Below the pieces are notes generated by a model. It ran no database searches. It was not told where the DNA came from and worked only from the letters and a program-made list of their open reading frames with translations. Of a stretch of 64,000 nt of DNA, positions 12,301 to 26,129 are shown piece by piece. How positions within the stretch are numbered: the stretch's first letter is position 1; each line of letters begins with the position of its first letter. The stretch comes from Podarcis pityusensis. Its lineage: Eukaryota. A program made the translations under genes and the position numbers. The stretch is from assembly GCA_964106645.2 (NCBI GenBank), contig OZ067043.1. The stretch is one strand, 5' to 3'.

Positions 12301-14416
12301 AGCAGTGCTAGATTTCAGGTATTTCATGTGCTCAGGTAAACCAAATAATCAGCAGCATTAGGTCACATTTAGCAGAAGGCTCAGATCAATGAACGAGCAC
12401 CTTTAATATATTTCTAGAGCTAATTTTGGGGAAAGGTGATCTGCAGATGCAGCAGATATTTATCCGGATTGGAAACCTTTGCTAATTAGCCATGCAACAG
12501 CTTGAATCAGAGTGGTACCAAAGCCATTTTCAAACGCTCCTTTTGAGCCGTAAATGAAATAAAGTGACCTATATGTTTTGTAATAACTCCACTGCAACTG
12601 TTCCTGCTCTCTATCATAGAACACCACTTGAAAAGGGATGCTCCATCTGTCACAAGCAGCCCCAGTACAAATTACACATGTAGTGGTTCAGAAGGACAAC
12701 CATACTCTAACTTGAGTTCTAACGCCCAAATTAGCTACTTCTGTCCAATTATCTTGGCTATGTGCGGCAAGCAGTAAGCCAAAATGCAGTTCTTGGATAA
12801 ACAGGGATGATAATGAAAAAATCAATAGGGGTTTTGTGTTGTTGCTTTTTGGTACCTGTAACACCGCATTGTGGGGCTATTCTTTGAAGAAACCCATTTT
12901 AAATTAAGATTTGTAAAGTGTAGTTCCTGCAGTATTAGCTCTCACAGCAAAGATCTGACAATTCAAGCCTGGATGTGTCTTGCATCTCAACACCAACATC
13001 CTACAAGAGTGCTGAAATGTTTACACTCACTGCTGGAGGCCATTTGCATAGTAATACGAGATGGCTAGTCTGAGTGGCAAGATTCTATTGCATTCCTCTT
13101 TCTCTTCCTGCTCCCTTAGTAACATTTGGCACGCTTGCATAAGTGCAAATGAAATTCATGACAGATTACGGTAAGCTTATTAACCTTACTTTGGAACCAG
13201 CTTTAGTGGCCCAACCTCACATACCTGAAAACAAAATATACCTGTATCCTATCAAATGCATGAAAATGAGCACATTACAACAACAACCCAGAAGAGCCAC
13301 GAGGAACGTATCCCAATATTTGTTTCACTTGGTCATTGTAAATGTATGCCTACATTGTCAGTTCTTTTGAAAAACTGCGAGGGAAAAGAACATAGGGGGC
13401 AGGAAACTGTGGTTAACCTTAACTTGCTTTAGTTGAAAACAAACTAGTTTCATAAACTATGGTTTGAAGTTTTGTCTGTTTCAACAAACCATGGTTGACA
13501 TTCACAACAGTTTACCCAGGTTTGCATGACATGGCAATATGTGGTTCACCTAAAATGAAACTGAAAGGCTCGGGTCTCTCCTACACACACCTGCACTGAA
13601 GAGGTGAACTATTCAAGCCTGAGGCTCACTATGCTTCATTCACTAAAGGCATGACTTAGCCTTACATCAGAATGAAGCCACTAAATCTATACATTACCAT
13701 TACTTCTGTTGCACGGAGAACAACAGTGGCTGGTTTGTGCATACTCTCATACGTGTGGAAACCCTATTTGCAGAGTCCTTCCCTCTTCTCCAAGGAGCAA
13801 AGACAACACAGGCTGGGTATGACTGCATGCGGATGTACACAGGCACTGATCAAATCACACCTTTCCCCCAATATCAGCAGTTGAAATGAACTGGGCATTT
13901 TTTCCAAAGAATGGCACTCCTTCTGGATATGTGGCTTACTAAAAGGTAACATGGCTTATGTATGGGCTTTGTTACCCAAAGACGAAAAGCAAAGGAACAG
14001 TTGGGTCTGTCTTCCTTGTATTCTTTATTTTGAAAGAAGAGGGATTCTGAAACGTAATTCTGTAGTTAGCAAATTAAAGCCAACACAGTGGGTTTCTAAT
14101 ACTCCCTTATGTAGGCCCAAAAGCACGTTTAGCACATTCATGTGTGCAAATGGTAGTCCGCAATATAGCAATACCATTCGGGTGCAAAACAAACATCTTT
14201 TACAAAGACCTGCAAGAAAAAAACCCCACTCCCAAACAGCAGAGTGTCTAAGTCAGAGATACAAAGCATGTCATCTTTTTAAAACTTGATATTCAAATAT
14301 TTCCCCAAATTAGTGCTTATTGCATCTTATACCTGAACCACATTTTGAGGAGTATCCGGAACGTGCTACATTAACAACTGTGAGCAGCGATTATCCGATT
14401 GGTGTGGAGGCACAAT

Positions 14417-14581
14417 TTAACACATGAGAAGCACCATCTTCCCCAAGGCACCTGGGCTGTGTATTATGTCTTTATGAGCCTCTGCCACCTTCTCCAATGA
14501 ATATTCAGGGCCTACTGCTGGTTTCAGCCAGCCAGCTTCTACACCAGCCAGAACTGATGCTGCACATTCACGCAGCTCATC
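14417..14581 (-). CDS. CRYZ: CRYZ last coding exon
   Basis: [57 protein letters not shown]; candidate AATAAA on the minus strand at 14024-14029. Confidence 0.95.
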   Translation of the reverse strand, partial: DELRECAASVLAGVEAGWLKPAVGPEYSLEKVAEAHKDIIHSPGALGKMVLLMC

Positions 14582-14672
14582 CTAAATGGAGAAGAAAACA
14601 TTTTTAAAATTGAGCACGAAAGGAAAATACTTCTATGCCCTCCAGCAGTCAAATTCATTATTCTACATTGTA

Positions 14673-14718
<46 letters not shown>

Positions 14719-17700
14719 GTGTGTGTGAGAAGAATGTAGGCTTGGCTCCAGAGCACTGCAACCACAATTTAGTTTTCGCAGCAGAGATTTCCCAAGCCCT
14801 ACCTGTAAGCCCCGTGGAAAGTTGTCCCTAAGGGCTGGGGAAAGGCTTGGATATGGCAGTGGAGGTTATGACACGTGTGTAGCGAGAGCTGGGAAATCAA
14901 TGAATGCCTGTGGTCAATCACCCCACATACACCCCTCCCCCAATACCACACTGCCAACAGTGACTTTCCATGGGACACAGCAGGCTGCAGTGGAGAAGGA
15001 GGAGGCAGGAATTATCCACTGTACAAGAATATTTTTGCTTGTACCTTGGAAGTCGAACGGAATCCATTCCAGAAGTCCGTTCGACTTCCAAACCGTTCGG
15101 AAACCAAAGCACGGCTTCTGATTGGCTGCAGGAAGCTCCTACAGCCAATTGGAAGCCCCGGAAGCCCCGTCAGACATTTGGGTTCCAAAGAACATTTGCA
15201 AACCGGAACACTCACTTCCGGATTTGCAGCATTCAGGAACCAAAACATCTGAGTACCAAGGCGTTCGGGATCCAAGGTACGACTGTACTACTCTCAAGCC
15301 AAGCAACAGAGGTTTTTAAAAACATTGTTTCTCTCTAAATGCATGGAGGAAAAAAGTTGCAGGACATATGAAGCCCAAAGAGGCAAGACCAGCTCCTGAA
15401 AGATTAATGCTATTGCAGAATATAGTTTCACTGGCCAGTCCAAAGCTTCTCAACAGATAGCAACTGACTCCCGAGAGCTTATGTAAAGTTCCCCAGACTG
15501 TGAAATGAATAAAGGAGTGTGTGCACCTGAATAAAGGAGTGTGTGCGCAGGGACGAAGAAAAGTATAGGGAGAGATTAAAGAAGCTTTCCAGTACTTCCC
15601 ATGTTTTGAAGCCAAGTATCCGATCCAGGCTGTGTTACAGAAAAGGCACACTGACTCCTCTAAGTGAATTATGTACATATACTGCATGATGATGATGATT
15701 TTTACCTTAGATGCAGAGAATAAATAAATTCCTCTGATGCTTGATTCTTTCAACATAGTGTCTCTGGGGTTTATCTCAATGGGACCACGGCTGCCCACAA
15801 TCTGTCACACAAAGTGGTGGAGAGAATGAGATGCTGACAGCTTAATTCTAAGCCTTAAGATTCTCATTCATGGGGGTGCATCCTTACCATCACTCGGCCT
15901 CCACTTGACAGCAGTTGCAAGTCATGGGCAAGGTTGACATTTGCCAGCATCTCTATTACCACATCTATGCCATGTGCACCAGCAGCTTCCTGCATAAGAA
16001 ATCAGCTGTTCAGTATCAAAGATACATGGAAGCCTGGCTGCTTTTGTGGTTCACAAGTTATTATTCATATCCTGCTTTTTTGTTATAAATAAATAAATCA
16101 AGATGCACACAAAGCAGCTCACAGGTACTATACAACACGACAAAGACACACATTATAGACCATAAACGGTGAACCAAACTAAGAGTAGAGAACAGCAAAT
16201 GAAGGACTACAGTCAAATATTAAAAGCAGACTGAAATAAACAAAGGTTTTCGGGAACTGTTGGGAGACTTTAAAAAGAAATGGCCACCACTGATAAGGCA
16301 CTGACTCCTCTGCTGCATTTCACATGATGGCACGACTGAGAGCAGAGATTATGATTTTTAACTGGTAGGCAGGTAATATGGCAGGTAATGCGGCAATACT
16401 GATAGAATACCACCATTCTAAAAAGCAAGAGTCCAGAGCAGAACAACCTGGCTACATCTATCAGCTAGAGAAGGAGCAGCTGAAAGGAGCTCATTTCCCT
16501 CCTCCATACCAGGAACAATGCTTGGTTCCAATTGCCAGTTGCCCTGGAACCGCACAAGCGAAGAGAAAAACACTCTGGACTCCTGCCATTGGTCAGACTA
16601 ACAAAGGCTGCTGATTCAGTTGCAGCCACACCTGACCATAAAACCCTCACAATTTCTCTGTTAAATAACGTTGAGAAATTGCAGGAAGCCAGGTGTATGG
16701 ATACCCATTTGTATACCCAGTAAAGAGTGCATGTGGTGTTAAAATGCTCATTAGGAACATAATGGGTTGGAACCTATGGAGCTCTAAGCGGAACTCAACA
16801 TGTTACTAAGGCGAACATTCCAACAGAATGTTCTCCTCTTCCTCTCACACCCCTAAATCTAGCCATTCCCCCAATCTTCTGGAGAAGATCTGGGGAGAAG
16901 ATGTGGTTGGGGGAAAGCAGATTATGCAAGCAGAAATCCTTGCACTAACAGCACTCATTAGCAGAATACTGCCCTCTATCTTAACTAGTATTCCAATTAC
17001 CACTTTGCAGTCTGTGTTCTAAATTACCTTAATCTGAGTGAGATAATCCTTCTTCTTGTGATTAAATGCCTCATGGGCTCCGTTTTGCAAAACTAGTTTT
17101 ATCCCTTCCTCAGTTCCAGCCGTGCCAAAGACCTTCAGGCCATAAGCTCTTGCAATCTGACATGCTGCTATTCCAACCTAGGTTTTTAAAAGAGTGGAGG
17201 GGGTGGGGGAAGAGTGTTGTAAGTTTAACATAGTACTTTCCTTATACAATTATTGACAACAATCATTTCGAAGGAGGAAATTTCAATAGCAACAGAGCCG
17301 CAGGTGACCCTTAATAACTTGTAGTAACAGTCTGCTATAGCATGACTTGATCTCCTACACAAAAACAGTATGCTCTAAGCACGACTTCCCTGAAATAAAA
17401 TCAGGGAAATTAATAATTAAGCCAACCAGCAGTACACACTTCTGTTTCTCTTTTATAGAGACAGTAAAATATATCAGCTCAATTACCACTATAACACAAC
17501 CACCCAGTCTTCACATTTCAAAGGCAGCAACTGCAAGGGACTTCTCACTAACATCATTTCAAGCCATACTTTGGAAGCAACAGTGTCAAACTTTGAGCAG
17601 GAAGTACTTTTCTAAGGGTTATTGCTTAAAAAAGAAAACAATAAAAGGCACTTCATAAAACAGAAAGAACAGTAGTCTTGGCCAGTACGGTCGTACCTGC

Positions 17701-17852
17701 AGCCAACCAGAAGCCGCGCTTTGGTTTGTGAACGTTTTGGAAGTCAAACGGACTTCTGGAACGGATTCCGTTCAACTTCCAAGGTACAACTGTACTGGAT
17801 TCTGCCATGTCTCTCATGACCAAAAGAGGCAATGTACAGAGGATCGACACTT

Positions 17853-17925
<73 letters not shown>

Positions 17926-20900
17926 TTCCAGGACTTCAGGATTAAAAACCTAAACAGGGCCAGATTTGAATTCCACACAAACCCATATTCCAGCATTTTC
18001 CTCCATGCAATTGAAGTGGTGTGAAGAAACGCAGCTGGATTGTAGATGCAAGCCCTGCCCCCAAACTGTGCCCTGTATCAGCCCCACCTCACCCCATGTG
18101 TTGGGGGGCAAGTGGAGTTCTGCTCACGGGACCTCCCTTTCTTTCCTCTCCCAAAGTGACTCCAACCCTCTGAGGCAGAACCTGGGGCAGTGCGAGTGGG
18201 CTGCAGGGCAGAGGAGATGGAAGTTCAGAAATGCATATGGATGAAAGATCCAACCCACTGGGGTGACATGCCACTGCTAAAGCCCCTTTTAAGCATAAGG
18301 TTAGTTTTCATGATACTTACCCCTCCGCTTGCTCCATGGACTAGCACGGTTTCAGCTGCTTTAGCAGATCCTCTGGAGGGGGGGAAACACACAAAACATT
18401 TTCAATACAATTGTCTGGATTGTATTTATACAATAAATTATATCCAACAAGGAGTTGCTCGAAGTGGCTAATGAAGGGTGAAAAACAAGTGTGTACCTTG
18501 CTGTGCTGCCAACAGTGCAGCTGTAGTGAGGAGTTAAAAAACTAAAATAGCCAATATTCAATGAATTTCAAATTGGGAAGAGCCCCAGAATGCACTTCTT
18601 CTGAATCTGTGTTAGGAAACAACAGTGTTTATGTTGACTGTCAATGTACCCTAATATTAAATAGTTACAGTGCAGCTACTTTGATAACCACAAAATAATC
18701 CTGTCAGCGATGAGCAGGAAATACAGTGGTATATTAAAAAAACAACCCAACACAGGCTCTGGAGTTCCACTGTATTGCTGCAAAACAGCCAACTAACTTC
18801 ATAACTCCCTGTTAAAAACACTGCCATCAGAACAAGCTTGCACTGAAGCCACAAGCAGACTTTGCCTAGGCATTGATCAATCAATCAATCAATCAATCAA
18901 TCAATGCATTTGTATCCCATCTTTTTCTCCATGGAGCACAAGGTGGTTTAAATGGTTCTCCCCCTCCTCATGTAATTCCCCACAACAAACCTATGAGGTA
19001 GGTTAGACTGAGAGGCAGTGAGTGGCCCAAAGTTCTTCAGTAAGCTTCATGGCAGCATAGGGGTTTGATCCCTGATCTCCCAGATCAGGCACAGGCAAAC
19101 TCTGATCCTCCAGATGTTTGGGACTACAATTCCCATAATCCCTAGTTAACAGGACCAGTGGTCAGGGATGATGGGAACTGTAGTCCCAAACATCTGGAGG
19201 GCCGGAGTTTGCCTATGCCTGTCCTAGATCAACACTCTAACCCAGACATCACCAAACTTAGCCTTCCAGATGTTTTGGGACTAAAATTCCCATCATCCCT
19301 GACCACTGGTCCTGTTAGCTAGGGATGATGGGAGTTGCAGTCCCAAAACATCTGGTGGGCCAAGTTTGTGGGAGCCTGCTCTAACCACTACGCCACACTG
19401 GCTTTTAAATACTGTCACTCTGTTGCACAAGTACTCCCTTTTTCTCAGGCTCAAAACAAAAGAGTGTGTGTGTGTGTGTGTGTGTGAGAGAGACACAAAG
19501 TGCCCACAAATTTGCTGCATTAAAGAACATGGAAAAATTAGTCTGACTGAACATGTGCCACAGAAAAGCCTCAAGGAAAAGGAAGAAAGGCCCAAAGTTA
19601 CTGCATTTTTATTGCTCAAAAGCAATTTTAGGATGTCATTGCCTTACTTTTGAAAGAGAGCATGGTAAGCCGTAAAATATGGAATTCCAATTGCGGCACC
19701 TTGCTTGAAGTCCAGTTTATCAGACAAGGAAAAGACTGTGTCAACTGATGAAATGGTATATTCGGCATAACCGCCAGAAATGGTACCAAGGGTAAAAACC
19801 CTGTCTCCTTTCTGGTAGGAGAAAACAAATGCACAAGGTGAAGCATTGTGCCAAAGTGTTTTCTGTACCCTGTGTAAAAATGAAGGCATTTCCAGAAGAG
19901 TTAAATAAAACCTAATTATATAGGTGAAATACACATGACAAGAAGATAGCAGCATTACAACAGATCTAATCTGTACTAATTGTTTCCAATTGTTTTTTGG
20001 ACTACAATTCCCATCATCCCTCACCACTGGTCCTACTAGCTAGGTATAATGGGAGTTGTAGTCCAAAAGCAGATGGAGACCCAAGTTTGGGAAACTCTGC
20101 ATTAGAGGAAGCAGAATTAACAACTAGCTTAAAATCCAACACTTTGAAAGCAGGGTGTACTTGAGTCTGGAGTAACTGAAGTACCAAAGAATATTTGGCA
20201 AAGAATGTAGGCCAAAGTGTGTTAACAAACAAAGGTTTACATTTAAATCTGTAGACAGGAAGGCAGAAATTTAAGATGTACAGGGATGACATGAATCATA
20301 TCCAAGACACAGGAACTGTGAAGAGACCCAGTTTAGTAACCAAGACCGGAATGATATTGTATAAAAGATAGCAAATGAGCAACATATTTAAAAATGGGAT
20401 ACCTTGAAAGTAGTTACATGTTCGCCAACACCTTGTACTACCCCAGCCACATCTGAACCAGGTGTGTAAGGTAAAGCTGGTTTTTTAGCATGAGTCCCAG
20501 AACGAATATAAGTCTCCACTGGATTAATGCCACATGCATGAACTTTAATGAGGACCTGCAGAAGAAAAGGATATTTGTTGAACAACTGAAAGAAATCTGG
20601 TACCTTCATTTTCATGCCAAGTTGTTTGTTGTTGAATGTCAAATATGTTCAAAATACAAGCAGCATAAATACTTATTAAGAAGCGTTGGGATTTGATATC
20701 CCGCTTTATCACTACCCAAAGGAGTCTCAAAGCGGCTAACATTCTCCTTTCCCTTCCTCCCCCACCAACAAACACTCTGTGAGGTGAGTGGGGCTGAGAG
20801 ACTTCAAAGAAGTGTGACTGGCCCAAGGTCACCCAGCAGCTGCATGTGGAGGAGCGGAGACGCGGACCCGGTTCCCCAGATTACGAGTCTAGTCTACTGC

Positions 20901-21372
20901 TCTACACCACTACACCATACTGGCTCTCTTATTAAGCATTAAGAACACAAATCCCCCCCCCTTTTTTTGGTAACAGGCAAACCAATGTTCATTCCCTATA
21001 GAACGTTTGCAGGATCTTTTATAAAACAGAGCCAAAGGTAAGCACAAAAGTTATAGCAGTACTTATGCAGTTGGTCTGGCAAGCAATGGCATGTACAGAT
21101 GTCAGGATTGCCCTCCAGGGCTGTGTTCTATGGGATTTTTACTCTGTTTGCAAATTCATTCTGCATGCTGCAGAAAAGTTTCCAATAAGTGTTAAATAAC
21201 AATAATGCTAATTTCAGTGTGTACAGTATTTATATTTCCAGTTCAAGGTCTTCGTTTTTACCTGGTTCTCTCCTGGAACTGGCAAGGGAATATCTGCTTG
21301 CGGCTTAAGCACTTCAGGTCCACCAAATTCAAACACTTTGACAGCTCTCATCACATGTCTCCCAGCTGCCAT
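14417..21372 (-). CDS. CRYZ: CRYZ, zeta-crystallin / NADPH:quinone oxidoreductase (spliced CDS span, 330 aa)
   Basis: Minus-strand join of 21372-21262, 20555-20403, 19811-19648, 18372-18321, 17177-17028, 15989-15888, 15801-15706 and 14581-14417 = 993 nt; all introns GT-AG and in frame; MDR-family motifs [36 protein letters not shown]. Confidence 0.97.
14675..14727. repeat. (GT)n microsatellite
   Basis: Read directly. Confidence 0.95.
15041..15285. mobile_element. Tc1/mariner-type MITE
   Basis: GTACCTTGG...CCAAGGTACGACTG followed by TA; a related internally deleted copy lies at 17688-17792. Confidence 0.7.
15706..15801 (-). CDS. CRYZ: CRYZ coding exon 7
   Basis: [32 protein letters not shown], 96 nt. 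Confidence 0.95.
15888..15989 (-). CDS. CRYZ: CRYZ coding exon 6
   Basis: [34 protein letters not shown], 102 nt. Confidence 0.95.
17028..17177 (-). CDS. CRYZ: CRYZ coding exon 5
   Basis: [25 protein letters not shown]...DYLTQIK, 150 nt. Confidence 0.95.
17688..17792. mobile_element. Internally deleted MITE of the 15041 family
   Basis: TA-CGGTCGTACCT...AGGTACAACTG-TA; body is a reverse-complement match to 15041-15130. Confidence 0.65.
17856..17920. repeat. Compound (TA)n(CA)n microsatellite
   Basis: Read directly. Confidence 0.95.
18321..18372 (-). CDS. CRYZ: CRYZ coding exon 4
   Basis: [17 protein letters not shown], 52 nt, ag/gtaagt. Confidence 0.95.
19086..19221. mobile_element. hAT-type palindromic MITE
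   Basis: TIR CAGGCA(C/T)AGGCAAACT with long internal inverted repeat; 8-bp TSD TCCCAGAT/TCCTAGAT. Confidence 0.8.
19243..19378. mobile_element. hAT-type palindromic MITE
   Basis: CAG...CTG termini; perfect 8-bp TSD CTCTAACC (19235-19242, 19379-19386). Confidence 0.8.
19648..19811 (-). CDS. CRYZ: CRYZ coding exon 3
   Basis: [18 protein letters not shown]...AYHALFQ(K), 164 nt. Confidence 0.95.
20403..20555 (-). CDS. CRYZ: CRYZ coding exon 2
   Basis: [20 protein letters not shown]...HVTTFK, 153 nt, ag/gt flanks. Confidence 0.95.
20681..20927 (-). mobile_element. tRNA-derived SINE (Squam3-like)
   Basis: Head GAGAGCCAGTATGGTGTAGTGG on the minus strand; 9-bp TSD CTTATTAAG (20672-20680, 20928-20936). 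Confidence 0.75.
21262..21372 (-). CDS. CRYZ: CRYZ coding exon 1 (exon acceptor boundary at 21378)
   Basis: [37 protein letters not shown]|gt, 111 nt. Confidence 0.95.
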
Positions 21373-21905
21373 GGTAACCTGAAAAATCACAGAGATAAAA
21401 TACTGTACTATCTTAACCTCCACCGCCTTTTCCACTTCAAAGAGAAAGGATCAAATTACTTGCTCTTCAGGTGAAATTTAAATCGGAAGGTTCACCATGC
21501 ATTTCACTCTGTTCTAACAATGTGCTGCCAATTTGAGGCTTTTCGCCTTATAAAATTAGCCTGCAAAGGAGAACTAATAGTTTCACTTTGGATAAGAAAT
21601 GAATCAGATCGCAATCCTGTATCCTCTTACCTGGGAGTAAGCCCCATTTATTTACATCTTAGTGGACAAATACAGGACTGCACTGTTAAATATGCAGAAG
21701 TTTGCACAAACACACAGAAACCAGCTTAGAAAGGATATCTTTTGACACATCTTCAGAAGACCTTACAACTGGAGTTACACTAGCTTTAAAAAAAATTTTT
21801 AACCTAATCCGCATTTTTATAAAGACTTTATGCCTGGAGAAGAGTTTGAAATCCAAATAATGGGAATCATAGTAGTTAGGAGTCATAGGTGGGGAAAGTC
21901 CTATA

Positions 21906-22110
21906 CAGTCATACCTCGGGTTGAAGTAGCTTCAGGTTAAGTATTTTCAGGCGCATTACTTCCGGATCTCGCCGCTGGTGCATGCACAAATGACGGCACG
22001 CGCATGCGCGGAAGTGGTGAAACGAGAGCCGAGCAGTCACATGTTACGTTCCACTCAGGATGCGAACGGGGCTCCGGAACGGATCCTGTTCGCATCCAGA
22101 GGTACCACTG
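21906..22110. mobile_element. Tc1/mariner-type MITE
   Basis: TA-CAGTCATACCTC...GAGGTACCACTG-TA. Confidence 0.7.
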
Positions 22111-22656
22111 TATCATTCAGGTCCTGCTTGCGGGCTTCACATGGACATCTTACGAAAACAGAGCATCTCCTTGCATTAGGTTTTTACACATGGGATGTTT
22201 TGGCAGGGAGCTCCTGCACTGGCAAGGGGTTGAGCTGGATGACCTTTGAGATTCCTTCCAACTTTTAGGATTCTATAGAAGTGGCTCATTCTCTCTCACA
22301 GCCATTTTAACCAGTATTAGAAACTCAGATATAGAAGCTAATTGCCAAATAGTACATTAAACCTAGGTTAAAGTCGCCACAGCAGAATGTCTAAACACTT
22401 TTTTTTTTTTGCAACGGGGTTTATTAATTATCATTATCATCATCATCATCATCATCACCATCATTTCATTTCTATACCGCTTTATATTTTAAAGGAAAAA
22501 TCTCAAAACGGTTTACAACACATTAAAACACCAAAAAACCAAATCGGGACTAAAACAAAATTCAGTTTCCATGAAAATATTTCAAGTGACATTTTGCTAT
22601 CCCTATATTTATTTACCTACTTGATTTATATAGCTGCCCAATAGAAGTACTCTAGG

Positions 22657-22865
22657 AAGCCAGTGTGGTATAGTGTTTAGAGTGTCTGACTAGGACCTGG
22701 GAGATCAGGGTTCAAATCCCAACTCAAGTCATGAAGCTCACTGGGTGACGTTGGGCCAGTTACAGCCTCTAACCTACCTCAAAGGGTCATTGTAGGGATT
22801 AACTGAAGTAGGGATGAACCATGTACTCCTTGGAGAAAAAAGTAGGATGTAAATGCAATAAATAA
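22657..22865 (+). mobile_element. tRNA-derived SINE (Squam3/MIR-like), diverged
   Basis: AGCCAGTGTGGTATAGTG (A box) and GGTTCAAATCC (B box); A-rich end. Confidence 0.65.
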
Positions 22866-25167
22866 GCCCTTCTGCTTACCTGCTTAAGAAAGCTGGAGGG
22901 GCCAGCCAGACCGAGATGTCAGTTGCCAACGTGGCACTCAAAGATTTCCAAATGGTCACAACCGGACCTGCACCAGTCGCAAAACATACCTGGCTCCTGG
23001 GGAATTTTGAGCACTGATTTTAACACCTGTGCTGGCTGCTTTCTTCTGCCTAACCTGCCTGTGCTTTGAAAACGCTTGGCGTCAGCCTAAAACAACTGAT
23101 CGATAAGCATGAAATCAGAACCCAGAGAGCAAGTTCACTTGCATTTAGGAAGCAGCCATACAGATCTTAAATTGTGACCCTTGGAACCATCTCTTGGGGA
23201 AGAAATGAAGGGCTCCCAAACTACTTCAGGTTATCCCTGGCATTCCAAGATTGAGTAACTATTGACATTAACTCAAACTCTGCACTCTGGCCTAAATCAA
23301 CAATATCTTGTTTAGGCTGTAAATTGTAAAGTCACCCATGGAAAAAAAGAGTGGGGGAAGACAGAAGGTTCTAGAAACTTGATCAAAAATCTCTGGGCAC
23401 AGAAAAGGCCTTATGAAAGTTAATAAGCGGCCTTCTATTATCCCTGTTTTAGAACCTGCTGCAAGAGGTCTCAAGATCACCTGAGCACCCTTTCAAGTAG
23501 GCAGCCCAACTACATATGAACTGAAATGCCAGTAAAAGGGGCTTGGGTGAGGATCAAATTATTTATGTAAGGTTAATTGTGCCCTGTCAACATTGCGAGC
23601 CAGCAACCCATGAAATGTAATTTCACTGCCACTGATAGTAACAACCAGGTACTGTACTTAAGGAATCCGAAACTGTAGAGAAGTATCTAAAGATGCAGGT
23701 ATCTGCTTAAAATTCAGTGTCAATATTTGACTTTTAAATGGCTACAATGAAATGCAATACTGTAATGGTCGTCCAAACACTCCAGATAGCGGGCCTTCAT
23801 ATAAAAATAGGTGTTTTACTTCCTTACACACAGACACACAGTTTTCATTTGTAAGATGTTAAGGTATACCCCTTTGCTACCATAGGTGCATCTATCCATG
23901 TTAATATCTGCATTTCAACTGCAACCAGCATTAACCTTTGTATCTTTCTAAACCAGTAGAATTTAGATGAGAATAATGTTTAACTTTGACTGCTGCAGAC
24001 GTAACAAAGGTCATCGTAGTGGTGGAAAAAAACAAGCCAAAAAAGGAGAGAAACAAATCAGCTTGAAATGATGGCAATGAGAAAAGAAATATATTCTCAA
24101 CTGCCCTTACCACATACCAAAAATGTCTCACGTTTCTACTCAGCAACTATGGTAGACTACTTCAGATGTACAGAAGTCACCAGTTTACTCTTTTCCCCAT
24201 ACATGAGAGCAGTCGTTAAGACCTCTTCTTTTAAACATCACTTTCTGGACTTGTTGTTATCAAATTGGCACTTTCAGCAACTATTCTGAAGCTGTTTATA
24301 AATGCCAAACAATACTAAATATGTGTCTTTTCTAAAATAAATTCAATAGCTTCAACAAGTTGTAGCCAAGTTAGAAACATTGTAACTCTCAATTATCAGG
24401 AGAATGCACAGATTCATGTTTCTCCTGAACTTCAGTGTGCATGGGTAACTGCCAGATTCTTATTTTAGAAAACACAGCTGGTCACATGCTTCAGAATAAA
24501 AATAACTTGTAACTTTTCTTTCAAGGTTGCTCTACATTTGTTGTTGGTTTTTTAAAAAAGTAAGAGATAACGAAATAATAAAGAGCCCCCAAATTAGTGG
24601 GACTGGCTGCCAGCTAGGATCTGGTGTCTGGTGGAAAGTGTATACACTAAGCATACACGCCCCTGCAAACACATGTGGTTAACCAATGCCACAAGGTCTG
24701 TGTTCTCAAAACACCTGCTTTTTTTGTGAGCAGCCGCCCTAAATAATACACTAATCTGTACTTTTGTGCATTTCCTTTGCTTTTACATTATTAAGGGTGG
24801 TTTTAGACCCCCCCCCCAAAAAACCCCAGTTGCGATGATCACACTGACATCCTAGCATTGGTCAGCTAGTTAAGACACATTGTTTGCAGAGAGGAGCGTT
24901 TAGTATATGCAATGCAAACTCCAATCCTTTTTATGCCCACACGCAATACAATGCAATGCAATACAGTGCAATATATATATATGCTAGTTAAACTTTAAGG
25001 TGCTGCAAGAGACAGTCAAGAGTCACCCAGCCTGGAAACCATTGCAAGCAGACAGCCCAGCAGGGAGCACAGACCTAGATGCTATCTCTGCAACGCATCC
25101 CGCTACGCCCTAATGCCCTCCTTGCCAACTGTGGGGTGGGAGGGGAACCCAATTTTACGTCACTCAC

Positions 25168-25445
25168 CCTCTTGCTGTAGAACGACGTGACTGCGCGCCT
25201 AGCTAAACGAGCCTAGCTTAAATCACAGCCTCGGTTCGCCTACTTATCTTCGACACGCCTGCGCAATGAGCTCCTTCCGGGTTCACGCAAGAGAAGCCAT
25301 CTTTTCGGAGTCCCGTAAGTTCTAGTGCGCAAGCGCCGCCGTGGCGGAACCTTCGCAACCTTTGCTCCGGCGAAAGTTCTGCCAGGGCAGCGCGCGCAGT
25401 GGAAGATGTGTCTATCCTCAGCGTCGCCTGCTCGCTTAGCAACTC
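25168..25445 (-). promoter_or_regulatory. Probable CRYZ promoter and non-coding first exon
   Basis: CpG-rich patch with TGCGCG/GCGCA (NRF1-like) motifs, ending at a minus-strand donor GG|GTGAGT (GT at 25167-25166). The ATG exon has an acceptor just upstream of ATG, so an upstream UTR exon must exist. Confidence 0.55.
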
Positions 25446-26129
25446 TCTTAATAGACAGAATTAAAACTTATAGGTGCGGTTTTAATACTGTAACAATATA
25501 AAAATCATTTTAAAAGCAGTAATTGGTACAATTAAAACTATATATTAAAACTATGCTTAATTATTCCCCCACCCCCGTGTTTTCAGCAGTTCTTATTTTT
25601 ATCTGTGAGCCGTCTTGAGTTCCAGCAGGAAAAAAGGCGCGGTATGAAGAAATACGCAGTAACAATAATAAGGACCCTAAGTAAGTATGCATAGCGTTTT
25701 GCAGCCCTGGTCCTGTGTTTACTCAGAAGTAAACGGAGATTTTAAATCCTCCTCGTTAAGCTTCAATCCGGTGCCTTCTTGCCTGCGAGTGAGTCCAACC
25801 GGGGACATGCTTGCGAGTACAGTACATATGCATGTGCTTGCACTGTCTTGCTTCTCTCCTTCGGGTTCTGGATTCCCTGGCACCTGCCTATTTCCCGGAA
25901 TGTCGCCCAGCGAAAGGGGGGGGGGCGACAAAACTCCTCCTGCTCCGCACATAAACACTGACGCCCTTATTAGATCCAATGAAAGGTTCATTCTGTCTCC
26001 CAACAGCAGCAGACTAGATGCCTCTAGGCAGCTAAGGCACAAACATGCACATAGAAAGACTACATCTCCTCCTTCTTACTCTCGATCCACAGCCTTCCTA
26101 ACAACTCTGCTAATCCGAGAGGGTAATAA

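Larger units (their letters stand above)
18876..19402 (-). mobile_element. tRNA-derived SINE (Squam3/MIR-like) interrupted by two hAT MITEs
   Basis: Head AGCCAGTGTGGCGTAGTGGTTAGAG on the minus strand; similar to 22657-22865; (AATC)n at its tail. Confidence 0.7.

Noticed and set aside
15506-15546. 19-bp direct repeat TGAATAAAGGAGTGTGTGC x2
   Set aside because: Simple local duplication in an intron, two copies only; not an array.
21365-21378. X-box-like GCTGCCATGGTAAC
   Set aside because: Explained by the CRYZ start codon, its Kozak context and the splice acceptor.
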